Part shown: positions 48,631-58,838 of the stretch, in pieces
Numbering within the stretch: position 1 is the stretch's first letter
Layout of the letters: every line of letters begins with the position of its first letter
DNA from: an uncultured Flavobacteriaceae bacterium
Lineage (GTDB): Bacteria > Bacteroidota > Bacteroidia > Flavobacteriales > Flavobacteriaceae
Assembly: GCA_949372825.1 (NCBI GenBank)
Contig: CASIBD010000001.1
Location: forward strand, 22,249 to 86,248
Direction of reading: 5' to 3'
Length of the DNA: 64,000 nt
Position numbers and translations under genes: made by a program
The notes under the pieces: model-generated
Seen by the model: only the letters and a program-made list of their open reading frames with translations
Databases searched by the model: none
Told to the model about the DNA's origin: nothing

Positions 48631-50151
48631 ATGAAAAATTATAAAATAATATTAATAACATTTATTGGATTGACATTTTTTAATTGTGATTTAGATGAAA
48701 ATCCAATATTTCTTGATGCAGAAACTACATATTCAGATCTTGAAATAGCCAGAGGAGCGTTAGATGGGATATACCAGTCCATGTCTGTTTACGGAGCTCA
48801 AGAACAACGTATTTTCGCAGTAAATGGTTTTTCAGGACTCTTTGTAACTAGGAAAAACGGAAATTATTCCAATAACGTAAACAACATTAATCTTTTTTCT
48901 TTAAAACCTACTTATGACAGAGATTCAGATGCTATGTGGCGTTCTCTTTATGCTGCCATTGGTAGAGCTAATGGAGCTATTGCTAATATTAATACTACAG
49001 AATCTCCAACTGACAAATCAGATTTAGGTTTCAATGATATTAAAGGTCAAGCTCACCTTATAAGAGCCTGGTTGTATTTATCATTGGTACGCTTATGGGG
49101 AGATATTCCTCTTAGATTAGAGCTTCCAGATAATGAAAATTTGAGTAAACCAAAATCATTAGCAAAGGACGTATATGCACAAATTATTGCTGATGCACAA
49201 ACTGCAGCTACTCTTATAAACGGAGCAAGTGGACCTGGCTACCCTAAACAGTATGCAGCTAACATGTTGTTATCCAAAGTATATATGACATTAGCTACTA
49301 ATCCAGATTTACAGGCTGATAGTATTTCCGAATCTCAATATTGGAAATTAGCTTACGACCAAGCTATTATGGTCTATGGTCAGTATAGTTTAGTTTCAGA
49401 TTACGGTTCATTATTTACCGATGAGTTTGAGAATTCTACAGAATCAATTTTCGAGTTGCAAATGAGTCAAGATGCAGCAAACTCTCAAATGGGAAGAAAT
49501 TACACGCCTTATAAGTACAAATTAGGTCAGCATTTTGGTTGGCTATGTATACATGCAGATGTTTTACTAGATCACATGGCAGCATATCCAAATGATCCAA
49601 GAATTGAAGGAACTTACTTATATCAGTACAATAGAGCTGATAACGGAAACCTTATTAATATTTATCCAGCTCTACAAAATAGAAATCAGTTTGGAAGAGC
49701 AAACCCTTACTTATTTAAGTTTGTTGAAAAAGACACTCAACATAGTAATCAATACGGAAGCCAAAACTTAATTATATATAGATATGCCGATCTTCTTATT
49801 ATGTTAGCTGAAATTTCTAATGAATTACAAAATGGAGAACAATTAGGATATGTTACTGAAGTTTTAGATAGAGTAGGGATGTCAAATGCAGCATATCTAG
49901 GAGATCAAAGTTCATTTAGAGATGCTATAATGAGGGAATATAGGTATGAACTTATTGGAGAAGGAGAAGATTCGAATAACAATAGAAGAAGAGGATTTGA
50001 TTATTTTTTAACCAATACTATCAATAAACACAATAATAATCCAATTTTCTCTCCAAAAGTGGATTTGTTATTAAGTACAGATCCAGCACAGGTTATGCAA
50101 TTACCTATACCTCTTTCTGAAATTAACACAAATGAATTTATTGATAATTAG
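48631..50151 (+). CDS. SusD/RagB-family nutrient-binding lipoprotein
   Basis: Lipobox (TFFNCDL), SusD-type motifs (IRAWLYLSLVRLWGDIPL, RYADLLIMLAE, EYRYELIGEGED). Follows SusC. Confidence 0.9.
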   Translation: MKNYKIILITFIGLTFFNCDLDENPIFLDAETTYSDLEIARGALDGIYQSMSVYGAQEQRIFAVNGFSGLFVTRKNGNYSNNVNNINLFSLKPTYDRDSDAMWRSLYAAIGRANGAIANINTTESPTDKSDLGFNDIKGQAHLIRAWLYLSLVRLWGDIPLRLELPDNENLSKPKSLAKDVYAQIIADAQTAATLINGASGPGYPKQYAANMLLSKVYMTLATNPDLQADSISESQYWKLAYDQAIMVYGQYSLVSDYGSLFTDEFENSTESIFELQMSQDAANSQMGRNYTPYKYKLGQHFGWLCIHADVLLDHMAAYPNDPRIEGTYLYQYNRADNGNLINIYPALQNRNQFGRANPYLFKFVEKDTQHSNQYGSQNLIIYRYADLLIMLAEISNELQNGEQLGYVTEVLDRVGMSNAAYLGDQSSFRDAIMREYRYELIGEGEDSNNNRRRGFDYFLTNTINKHNNNPIFSPKVDLLLSTDPAQVMQLPIPLSEINTNEFIDN

Positions 50152-50188
50152 TATTGTAATAAATTAAAATATTTTTAAAATAAACACA

Positions 50189-52531
50189 ATGAGATTAAAA
50201 TTATTAATTTTCTTATTAATATTTTTCACTGGTTTTACAGTTTTATCACAAGAAGATTCTGATTATAAATTATATTTAGATAGTTCAAAACCCCACGTAG
50301 ATCGATTAACTGATTTAATGTCTAGAATGACTTTAGAAGAAAAAGTTTATCAAATGAATCAATTTGTTGGTCTAGAACATATGCGAAAAGCCGAGAGAGA
50401 TTTATCTCCTGAAGATTTATTGAATAATGATGCTCAAGGATTTTATAAGGGTGTGTTCAGTAATGATGTTATGCAAATGACTGAGGAAGGAAAAATAGGT
50501 TCTTTTTTACATGTTTTAACTGCTGAAGAGGGTAATTTATTGCAAGAACTTGCTAATAAATCCAGATTAAGAATACCAATATTAATAGGAATTGATGCTA
50601 TTCATGGAAATGCATTGTATAGTGGAGCTACTGTATATCCATCTCCAATAACTCTAGCTTCTACGTGGAGTGATCAGTTTTTATTTGATGTAGGTAGACA
50701 AACTGCACTAGAAATGAGAGCAACAGGTTCGCATTGGGCATTTACTCCAAATATTGATGTTTTAAGAGATCCAAGGTGGGGTAGAGTTGGTGAAACTTTT
50801 GGGGAAGACCCGTTTATGGTAGGTAATCTTGGTGCGTCTATGATCAATGGCTTTCAATTAAATGATTTTACTGGAACAAATAAAGTTATTGCATGTGCAA
50901 AACATATGATTGCTGGTAGTGAACCAATTAATGGCTTGAATGCATCTCCAATGGATATTTCTTTAAGAACTTTAAAAGAAGTCTACTTGCCCCCTTATAA
51001 AAAAGCTATAGATGCTGGAGTTTATTCTATAATGGCTGCACATAATGAATTAAATGGGATTCCATGTCACATGAGTAGTTGGCTAATGACAGATTTATTT
51101 CGTAATGATTGGGGTTTTGAAGGCTTTTATGTGAGTGACTGGATGGATATTGAAAGAATTGAAACCTTGCATCATGTAGCTAATGATTTAAAGGAAGCTT
51201 CTTTTTTAGCTGTAAATGCGGGAATGGATATGCATATGCACGGAGTAGACTTTCCAGAATTTGTTATTGAATTAGTTCAAGAAGGAAAACTTCCTATTTC
51301 TAGAATTAATGACGCATGTTCAAAAATTTTAATGGCTAAATTTAAGTTAGGATTATTTGAAAATAGATTTGTTGATATTGAAAAGATTTCTGAAAGAATT
51401 TTCACACCTTCGCATAGATTTACTGCTTTAGAAACTGCTAGAAAGGGTATTGTATTGTTAAAAAACTCAAGTTTACTTCCTTTAAAAAAAGTAAAAAATT
51501 CTAAAAAAATTTTAGTTACTGGTCCAAACGCAAATAATCAATCTATACTAGGGGATTGGCATGCTGCTCAACCTGAAGAAAATGTAACTACTATTTATGA
51601 GGGAATAAAGGAATTAGGAGAATCAAAAGGATACAGCGTTTCATTCCATAATTCAGGTGAGAAAATTAGAAAAATATCTAATGTAAATATTCAGAATACT
51701 CTAAAAGCTTCTAAAGATGCAGACTATGTTGTTGTAGTTGTTGGAGATAATTCTATGAGATACAAGTGGAAAGATAAAACTGCTGGTGAGAATATGGCTA
51801 GAGCAGAGCTGAATTTAGCAGGTAAACAGCTAAAACTTGTAATGTCATTAAAAGAAATAAACAAAAATGTAATTGTTGTATATGTAAATGGAAGACCAAT
51901 AAGTGAACCATGGATACAGGAAAACATTCGTGCAGTTATTAAGGCTTGGGAGCCAGGAAGCTTTGGAGGAAAAGCTGTTGCAGAAATAATCTTTGGAGAT
52001 GTTAATCCTAGCGGTAAACTACCTTTAACTGTTCCTAGAAGTGTAGGGCAATTAAAGATGTTTTATAATCACAAGCCATCTCAGTATTTTCATAAATATG
52101 CATTTGAAAAGAATAAACCATTATATCCATTTGGATATGGATTAAGCTACACAAAATTCAACTATACAAAACCTAAACTTCTGAATTCAGATTTTGATAA
52201 GAATTCAATTATTAAAGTTCAATTAGAAGTTACTAATATAGGAGATATGGATGGAGAGGAAGTTGTTCAGCTATATATTAGGGATAAAGTCAGTTCTGTT
52301 ACAAGACCAGTTAAAGAATTAAAAGGTTATAAAAGAGTTCATTTAAAAGTTGGAGAAACTAAAAAAGTAATTTTTGAAATTAAACCTGAGTCTTTAGCTT
52401 TTTATGATATTGAAATGAATTATGTTGTTGAACCAGGTGGTTTTAATATCATGACAGGTTCTTCTTCTAATTCAAAAGATCTAAAGACTGTTGAGTTGAA
52501 TATCTTAAATAAAATTAATTTTAATAATTAA
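50189..52531 (+). CDS. GH3 beta-glucosidase/beta-xylosidase-family glycoside hydrolase
   Basis: Signal peptide, GIDAIHGNA, KHMIAGS, GFYVSDWMD (nucleophile Asp context), C-terminal FnIII-like domain. 780 aa. Confidence 0.9.
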   Translation: MRLKLLIFLLIFFTGFTVLSQEDSDYKLYLDSSKPHVDRLTDLMSRMTLEEKVYQMNQFVGLEHMRKAERDLSPEDLLNNDAQGFYKGVFSNDVMQMTEEGKIGSFLHVLTAEEGNLLQELANKSRLRIPILIGIDAIHGNALYSGATVYPSPITLASTWSDQFLFDVGRQTALEMRATGSHWAFTPNIDVLRDPRWGRVGETFGEDPFMVGNLGASMINGFQLNDFTGTNKVIACAKHMIAGSEPINGLNASPMDISLRTLKEVYLPPYKKAIDAGVYSIMAAHNELNGIPCHMSSWLMTDLFRNDWGFEGFYVSDWMDIERIETLHHVANDLKEASFLAVNAGMDMHMHGVDFPEFVIELVQEGKLPISRINDACSKILMAKFKLGLFENRFVDIEKISERIFTPSHRFTALETARKGIVLLKNSSLLPLKKVKNSKKILVTGPNANNQSILGDWHAAQPEENVTTIYEGIKELGESKGYSVSFHNSGEKIRKISNVNIQNTLKASKDADYVVVVVGDNSMRYKWKDKTAGENMARAELNLAGKQLKLVMSLKEINKNVIVVYVNGRPISEPWIQENIRAVIKAWEPGSFGGKAVAEIIFGDVNPSGKLPLTVPRSVGQLKMFYNHKPSQYFHKYAFEKNKPLYPFGYGLSYTKFNYTKPKLLNSDFDKNSIIKVQLEVTNIGDMDGEEVVQLYIRDKVSSVTRPVKELKGYKRVHLKVGETKKVIFEIKPESLAFYDIEMNYVVEPGGFNIMTGSSSNSKDLKTVELNILNKINFNN

Positions 52532-52539
52532 AAATCTCC

Positions 52540-53925
52540 ATGAGTAAATATAAATTACTAACTGTCATTATTTTAATGTTTTGTTTTTCAGCTTTTGCTC
52601 AAAATGAGTCTGGTAAAGAAAATATCATTTTTATAATTGTAGATGATTTAAGAGATCTTGTTATGGCAGATAATCAACTTGAAATTATAACACCAAACAT
52701 AGATAAATTAAAGAAAAGGGGTGTTAATTTTAAAAATTCATTTACTAACAATCCTGTATGTGGAGCATCAAGAGCTAGTATACTTACTGGCTTAAGACCC
52801 ACTAAATCTAGATTCAGAAATTATGACACTAAAATAAATAAAGATGCTCCAAACGCATTAACTATTGCATCTTATCTTAAAAAAAATGGCTACAGGACAA
52901 TTAGTAATGGTAAAATTTCTCATTTTGCTAAGGATGCAGCTTACGGATGGGATGATATGTTCCGGAGTCCAAGAAGTAATCCTAAGGACTATAAGGATAC
53001 TTTAAATATTAAAAATTTAAAAAATAATTTTGGTCCAGCTTCTGAATTTATTTATGCGGACGATAATGATTATTCCGACGGAAAAGTTACCCAAAAGACT
53101 CTCCGAGATATACAATCTATAAATAATGATGATAAACCTTATTTTATAGCTGTAGGTTTTCAAAAGCCTCATTTACCATTTATTGCTCCTAAAAAGTATT
53201 GGGATTTATATGATAGAAATGATATATCATTACCATATAATAATTTTTTCCCTCCATCTGCTCCAAAAAAAGCTAATTATTTTTATGAATTAAGAAAGTT
53301 TACGGATATTCCTGATAATGGTCCAATTACAGATAGTAAGGCTAAAGAGTTAATACATGCTTACTATGCTTGTGTTAGTTATATTGATGCACAAATAGGT
53401 CTTATTTTAGATGAATTAGACAACCAAGGTTTAACCGATAATACTACAGTTGTATTAACTAGTGATCATGGTTTTAGTCTTTCAGAACATGGTAGATGGA
53501 CTAAACATAATTTATTTCAATACGAACTTAAAATTCCTATGATTATTAGTTCCCCTAAATACAAAAAAAACAAAACCAGTGAATCTTTTGTTGAATTAGT
53601 TGATTTGTATCCAACATTTTGTGATATAGCGGGATTAGAAATTCCTGATTTTGCTCAAGGCAAGTCCTTGATTAATAATCTTAAAAATCCAAAAAAAATC
53701 ACTAATGATATTGCATTTTCAAGATGGCAAAATGGAGAAACTTTAATATCTAACAAATATTATTACACGGAGTGGAGTCGAAAAGGAAATTTAACACATA
53801 GGATGTTATATGACATCGAAAATGACGAATTACAAATGAATAACATAGCTGAAATCAAATCTAAAAAATCAATTGTCGATAGTCTTAGTCGTATACTAAA
53901 CAAGCATATTAAGTCAATTAATTAA
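52540..53925 (+). CDS. Formylglycine-dependent sulfatase (S1 family; iduronate-2-sulfatase-like)
   Basis: Signal peptide, IVDDL, CGASRASILTG (C-x-A-x-R variant of the formylglycine motif). Confidence 0.85.
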   Translation: MSKYKLLTVIILMFCFSAFAQNESGKENIIFIIVDDLRDLVMADNQLEIITPNIDKLKKRGVNFKNSFTNNPVCGASRASILTGLRPTKSRFRNYDTKINKDAPNALTIASYLKKNGYRTISNGKISHFAKDAAYGWDDMFRSPRSNPKDYKDTLNIKNLKNNFGPASEFIYADDNDYSDGKVTQKTLRDIQSINNDDKPYFIAVGFQKPHLPFIAPKKYWDLYDRNDISLPYNNFFPPSAPKKANYFYELRKFTDIPDNGPITDSKAKELIHAYYACVSYIDAQIGLILDELDNQGLTDNTTVVLTSDHGFSLSEHGRWTKHNLFQYELKIPMIISSPKYKKNKTSESFVELVDLYPTFCDIAGLEIPDFAQGKSLINNLKNPKKITNDIAFSRWQNGETLISNKYYYTEWSRKGNLTHRMLYDIENDELQMNNIAEIKSKKSIVDSLSRILNKHIKSIN

Positions 53926-54040
53926 AGTTGAATAATTTGACTCTAACATATAAAACAAAACTAGCTCCCAAAAGTTTTATTTTACTTTGATTATATTAAG
54001 AATTAAATTAAATTTAGAATTAACATTAAACTAATATCAA

Positions 54041-54547
54041 ATGAAAAATATTTTTTATATACTTTTTTTAAGCTTATTTATATTAAGCTGTTCAACAACT
54101 GAAACAAAATCAGAAAATCAAAGAGGAATTATTGAACAAAACGATGCGAAATCTTCTGTTATGGATGCTTTTAATAACGCTTATTTAGCAGATGATATGA
54201 CCGGTCAGGATAGTATTTTTACAGAAAATGCAGTTGCTAGAGTAAATGGTCAAGAGATGTCTCCAACTCAAATGATGGAAGCGTTTATGAGCGGAAAAGA
54301 GTCTTACTACGAAGTAAAGAATATTAGCACAACTACTGCTACCCATATTTATGATGATAATGAAAATGGAAAGGGAGCAATCTATACTAGTACTTGGTTT
54401 ACATGGGAAGGAACAAGTGTTTCTACAGGTGTTGTAGTGTCAAATCCTGTTCATGCATACTTTAGATGGGAAGGTGATAAGGTTTCTCTTGTATCATATA
54501 TTTTTGATTCGGCAAATTATGTAGCTAACATGGGGACTTCTGAATAA
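54041..54547 (+). CDS. Small lipoprotein, possibly NTF2/SnoaL-like fold
   Basis: Lipobox (ILSCSTT). 168 aa. The fold assignment rests only on weak pattern resemblance. Confidence 0.45.
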   Translation: MKNIFYILFLSLFILSCSTTETKSENQRGIIEQNDAKSSVMDAFNNAYLADDMTGQDSIFTENAVARVNGQEMSPTQMMEAFMSGKESYYEVKNISTTTATHIYDDNENGKGAIYTSTWFTWEGTSVSTGVVVSNPVHAYFRWEGDKVSLVSYIFDSANYVANMGTSE

Positions 54548-54576
54548 TATTTAAATAATATTTTCTACTATTACTA

Positions 54577-56694
54577 TTAAGGCTTTTGAAGTGGAAATCC
54601 ACGATCTCTCATTAACGCTTCAATATTAGCATCCCTTCCTCTAAATAGACGGTAAGCTTCTGCAGGGTCAATTGAATTTCTTGGTGAAAATAAGTAATCC
54701 ACTAATTTCTTAGCAACATCTTTATCATAAAACCCGCCTGGAGCTTCAGCAAATGCTTCTGATGCATCAGAAGTTAATACGTCTGCCCACATATAACCGT
54801 AATAGGCAGTTGCATATCCTTCACCTGAAAAGACATGTCCAAAGTGTGGCGTTCTGTGTCTCATAGGTAGTTCAGTAGGCATTTTTAGATCTGCTAATGT
54901 TTCTCTTTCAAATTTATCTACATCTATGTTTGATGGATCTGCTAAATGAAATTTCATGTCCATAATTGCAGAGGCTAAATATTCTGTTGTTCCAAAACCT
55001 TGATTAAATGTTGAGGCTTTTTTTATTTTAGCCACTAGTTCTTTTGGCATTGGCTCTCCAGTATTATTATGAACTAAATACTGATTAATTACTCTGTCAG
55101 TAGACAACCATCTTTCAAGAAGTTGAGATTGAAATTCTGTATAATCTCTAACGCCACCATTTAAGGTTGGATATTTTACATTAGAAGAGAAAAAGTGTAA
55201 TGCATGTCCAAATTCATGAAAAAAAGTAGTAGCGTCGTCCCACGATACTAATAAAGCCTCACCTGGTGCAGGTTTTACAAAATTAGAGTTATTCGAAGCT
55301 AAAACATTAGTCTTTCCATCCATTGTTGTATGACTTCTATATGTTGTAGCCCAAGCTCCAGATCTTTTTCCTTGTCTAGCGTATGGATCTAAGTACCATA
55401 ATCCAATATGTTCACCAGAGGATTTATCTTGAACTTCCCAAACATTTACATCTTCATGAAATACAGGAATTTTACCTTTCTCTAAAGCTGTAAACTTGAA
55501 ATTAAATAATTCCCCAGCTACATAAAACATAGCCTCAGTTAATTTATCTAGTTGTAAATATTGTTTGACTTCATCAGAGTCTAAATCATATTTTATTTTT
55601 CTAACCTTTTCAGCATAGAATCTATAGTCCCAAGGTTCAATTGTGATTTTGGGATTGACAAGCTCATTAGCTGCTTTCTGCATATCAGCGACTTCTTCAT
55701 CAACTCTGGCTATTGCAGCAGGCCATACTGCCTCCATTAATGCCATTGCATTTTCAGGGTTTTTTGCCATTCTATCTTGTAGTCTCCATTGAGCATAATT
55801 TTCATGACCTAATAAACCAACTCGTTCTTTTCTTAATCTTAATATTTCAGCTATAATTTGGTTATTATCAAACTCACCTCCATTATCTCCTCTAGAATAA
55901 TAGTTTTTCCATACAACTTCTCTGATTTCTCTATTGGTAGAATAAGTTAAAAATGGATCCATAGAAGATCTTGTGTTAGTTATCGCATATTTATCTTCAA
56001 ATCCTTTGTCTTGTGCAATTTTTTTAGCGGATTTTATAAATCCATTTGATAAACCTTTTAATTCAGATTCCTCTAAATAAGTAACATAATTTTCTTCATC
56101 GTGTAATACATTATTAGAAAAATCATTATATAATTTAGAAAGTTCTAGATTGATTTCTGCATATCTCTCTTTTTTATCCTTGTCTAAAGCAGCTCCATTC
56201 ATCTCAAAACTCTTGTATGTTAAATCTAAAACTCTTTGTTGATCATTTTCTAAAGGATTAGTTTTAGAAGCCTTGTAAATAGCACTAACTCTCTCAAATA
56301 ATTTTTCATTTTGATTGATTGATGAGGAATATTGAGAAAGCTTAGGGGCTAATTCTCCTTGAATCTTTCTAAATTCAGGACTTGACATGTTACTTGATAA
56401 AATTCCATAGTATGGATAAACATCACTTAAAAGTTTTCCAGACCTTTCCATTTCTTCAATAGTGTTTTCAAATGTTGGAGATTCTGGGTTATTAGCAATT
56501 TTATCTATATCACTAAGACTCATTTCCATTCCACTAAGCATAGCTTCTTTTACTAGCTTGGGAGTCATTTTATCAAATGCTGGAACTCCTCCAAATTCTA
56601 AACTTTTGTCTGACCATTGTTTCATTATAGGGTTTGAATTATTACAGTTTACTAAAAATAAAGAGGAAATAATAATTATAAATAAATTTTTCAT
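54577..56694 (-). CDS. M3-family zinc metallopeptidase (peptidyl-dipeptidase Dcp-like), lipoprotein
   Basis: 705 aa. HEFGH zinc motif (FFHEFGHALHF). Lipobox (LVNCNN). Confidence 0.9.
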   Translation of the reverse strand: MKNLFIIIISSLFLVNCNNSNPIMKQWSDKSLEFGGVPAFDKMTPKLVKEAMLSGMEMSLSDIDKIANNPESPTFENTIEEMERSGKLLSDVYPYYGILSSNMSSPEFRKIQGELAPKLSQYSSSINQNEKLFERVSAIYKASKTNPLENDQQRVLDLTYKSFEMNGAALDKDKKERYAEINLELSKLYNDFSNNVLHDEENYVTYLEESELKGLSNGFIKSAKKIAQDKGFEDKYAITNTRSSMDPFLTYSTNREIREVVWKNYYSRGDNGGEFDNNQIIAEILRLRKERVGLLGHENYAQWRLQDRMAKNPENAMALMEAVWPAAIARVDEEVADMQKAANELVNPKITIEPWDYRFYAEKVRKIKYDLDSDEVKQYLQLDKLTEAMFYVAGELFNFKFTALEKGKIPVFHEDVNVWEVQDKSSGEHIGLWYLDPYARQGKRSGAWATTYRSHTTMDGKTNVLASNNSNFVKPAPGEALLVSWDDATTFFHEFGHALHFFSSNVKYPTLNGGVRDYTEFQSQLLERWLSTDRVINQYLVHNNTGEPMPKELVAKIKKASTFNQGFGTTEYLASAIMDMKFHLADPSNIDVDKFERETLADLKMPTELPMRHRTPHFGHVFSGEGYATAYYGYMWADVLTSDASEAFAEAPGGFYDKDVAKKLVDYLFSPRNSIDPAEAYRLFRGRDANIEALMRDRGFPLQKP

Positions 56695-56744
56695 AGTGCA
56701 ATTCTGTTCGTTTTGTTTAAATTTAATATAACGAAAATATTGAT

Positions 56745-57245
56745 ATGGAAAACAAATTTGAAAAAGTACTTTGGAGTGTTAGATATGTTGTTATTCTTGC
56801 AGTTATTCTTTCAATAATAGCTTCAATTTCTCTTATTGTAATAGGAAGTTGGGATATTATTCAAGCAATAATATTTTATAATCCATTATTTGATTCAGCT
56901 ATTCAAGATAATAATCAACTTTTATTTAAAATTATATCATCGATAGATTTATTCTTAATTGGAATAGTTTTATTGATTTTTGGTTTTGGTATATACGAGC
57001 TTTTTGTAAGTGAAATTGATTTCGCTAATGCCAAGTTTTCTGAATCTACTCTGAAAATTAAAAGTTTAGATCAACTAAAAAATAAGATTATAAAAGTTAT
57101 TATAATAGTTTTAATAGTTAAGTTTTTTGAAAAGATTTTAAAATTAACTGAAAACTTTACAAGTCCATTAGATATCTTGTTTTTTGGATTATCAATTTTA
57201 TCTATTTGTTTAGGATATTATTTGATCAATATAAATACTAAGTGA
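56745..57245 (+). CDS. YqhA (UPF0114) family membrane protein
   Basis: 166 aa, 4 hydrophobic segments. The N-terminal FEKVLWSVRYVVILAV pattern is typical of UPF0114. Confidence 0.65.
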   Translation: MENKFEKVLWSVRYVVILAVILSIIASISLIVIGSWDIIQAIIFYNPLFDSAIQDNNQLLFKIISSIDLFLIGIVLLIFGFGIYELFVSEIDFANAKFSESTLKIKSLDQLKNKIIKVIIIVLIVKFFEKILKLTENFTSPLDILFFGLSILSICLGYYLININTK

Positions 57246-57340
57246 TAAGGAGACTTTAAATAAAAATATGAAAAAAAATCCTTCTACTATTTCTTTTTAT
57301 TCCAATTGTTTCTTCATTCTATTTTCCGGAAAGTCCTGAA

Positions 57341-58714
57341 ATGTCACAAATAAATTTACATCCAGATTTAAAAGGATATTTTGTGGATGCAAAGAATGGT
57401 GATGATGACAATAGCGGAAAGCAGCTTGATAGCCCTTGGAAAACTGTAGAAAAAATTAACTCTATCATTTTTGAGCCTGGCGACAATGTATATTTTAAAA
57501 GAGGCACAAGCTATTCCCATGGGCTTCAGATTAATGGTAATGGAACAAAAGATAATCCAATCACTGTTTCGGCTTATGGAGAAGGTGATGCTCCGAAGTT
57601 TACAAATACAAATGACAGCGTATTTAATGGTAATGCAATTCAAATAAACGGAGATTATCAGATTGTAGAGAACCTATATGTTTATGGAACGAATCCAGCG
57701 TCTAATGGATTTTTCTTAACAGTTTGGAAATTGGGAGGAATAAAAGCGAACTTAGGTGCAGACCATGCAATAATACGCAATAATGAAGTGGTAGATTGTC
57801 CTATTGGGATAAACTCTTATAGTGAGTTCAGTCTTATTACCAACAACAATATACATGATTGCAACCGACCTATTTTTCCTCCAGGTTGGGGTCCTATTGG
57901 CATAAGAATTGGAATGGGAAATACTGAAATATCACATAACATCATACACAACTATCATAGCTTAGGTGGAACTTGGGGTGGCGATGGTGGAGCGATAGAA
58001 ATTGATGATGGAAGAAATCCTCGAAATAATATTTTTATTCATCACAATAAAAGCAGCTTAAATATGGGTTTTTGTGAAATAAGCTATGGCTTTGATATAT
58101 GTGAAAAAAAGCATCTCGAAAGAGCATTTAGGCTAGGGGATAGTCGCACTTGTAAAAATGAAGACCGAACTCTTAAGAATCTGATTATGGCTTACAACGA
58201 ATCAAGAGACTATAGTGCTTTTACACAAATATTTTCACCAATGGTAGATTCATATATTGAGAATAATACAATAATAAGAACTGTTGAGCATCCTGATATC
58301 GAATCTAATGTATTTCGAGAACACGACCCAAATAACCAAGCAATAGATAGTCCAACTAAATACAGAAACAACCTTGTTGTCCTTGTGTCAGAAAAAACTC
58401 GCAAGGGAGTAGGAAATCAAGTTTATCTTGGTTGGCCTATGGCAGAATTCAATCATTCAAATAATCTCTTTTTTAATTTGGATAGCCCCATCATTGTATT
58501 CAGCGATAATCCAGCTGAAAACAAAGAAAATGCTGAAGGGGAAATTATTGCGAATCCTCTTTTGGTAAATTTATTTAAGGGAGATTATCGTCTTACAGCC
58601 AAGAGCCCTGCCATAGATAATGGATATGACGATGGACATTACTCATTTGACCTTGATGGAAATCCTATTGTTTCTAAAAGAGATATTGGAGCTTACGAAT
58701 TTCAGTTGAAATAA
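57341..58714 (+). CDS. Right-handed parallel beta-helix repeat protein (possible polysaccharide lyase/hydrolase); the signal peptide appears detached by a frameshift
   Basis: Repeated NN.I.DC / ..I.HN turns typical of pectate-lyase-fold proteins. An ATG at ~57267 followed by an A8 run would, with one A fewer, encode MKKILLLFLFIPIVSSFYFPESPE in frame with the ORF. Confidence 0.75.
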   Translation: MSQINLHPDLKGYFVDAKNGDDDNSGKQLDSPWKTVEKINSIIFEPGDNVYFKRGTSYSHGLQINGNGTKDNPITVSAYGEGDAPKFTNTNDSVFNGNAIQINGDYQIVENLYVYGTNPASNGFFLTVWKLGGIKANLGADHAIIRNNEVVDCPIGINSYSEFSLITNNNIHDCNRPIFPPGWGPIGIRIGMGNTEISHNIIHNYHSLGGTWGGDGGAIEIDDGRNPRNNIFIHHNKSSLNMGFCEISYGFDICEKKHLERAFRLGDSRTCKNEDRTLKNLIMAYNESRDYSAFTQIFSPMVDSYIENNTIIRTVEHPDIESNVFREHDPNNQAIDSPTKYRNNLVVLVSEKTRKGVGNQVYLGWPMAEFNHSNNLFFNLDSPIIVFSDNPAENKENAEGEIIANPLLVNLFKGDYRLTAKSPAIDNGYDDGHYSFDLDGNPIVSKRDIGAYEFQLK

Positions 58715-58740
58715 AACAGGCATATGTATCTAACTTGCAG

Positions 58741-58748
58741 TAATTTTG
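58741..58748 (+). promoter_or_regulatory. Candidate Bacteroidota -7 promoter element (TAnnTTTG)
   Basis: TAATTTTG about 90 nt upstream of the TTG start at 58839. Confidence 0.25.
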
Positions 58749-58838
58749 TATATCTATTCTTGTGTGTATTTCCTCTCTTAAAGTTGTTTATCATTGATTG
58801 AAAAATTGTAATTTTAAAATGTAAAAACAACTTACCTA

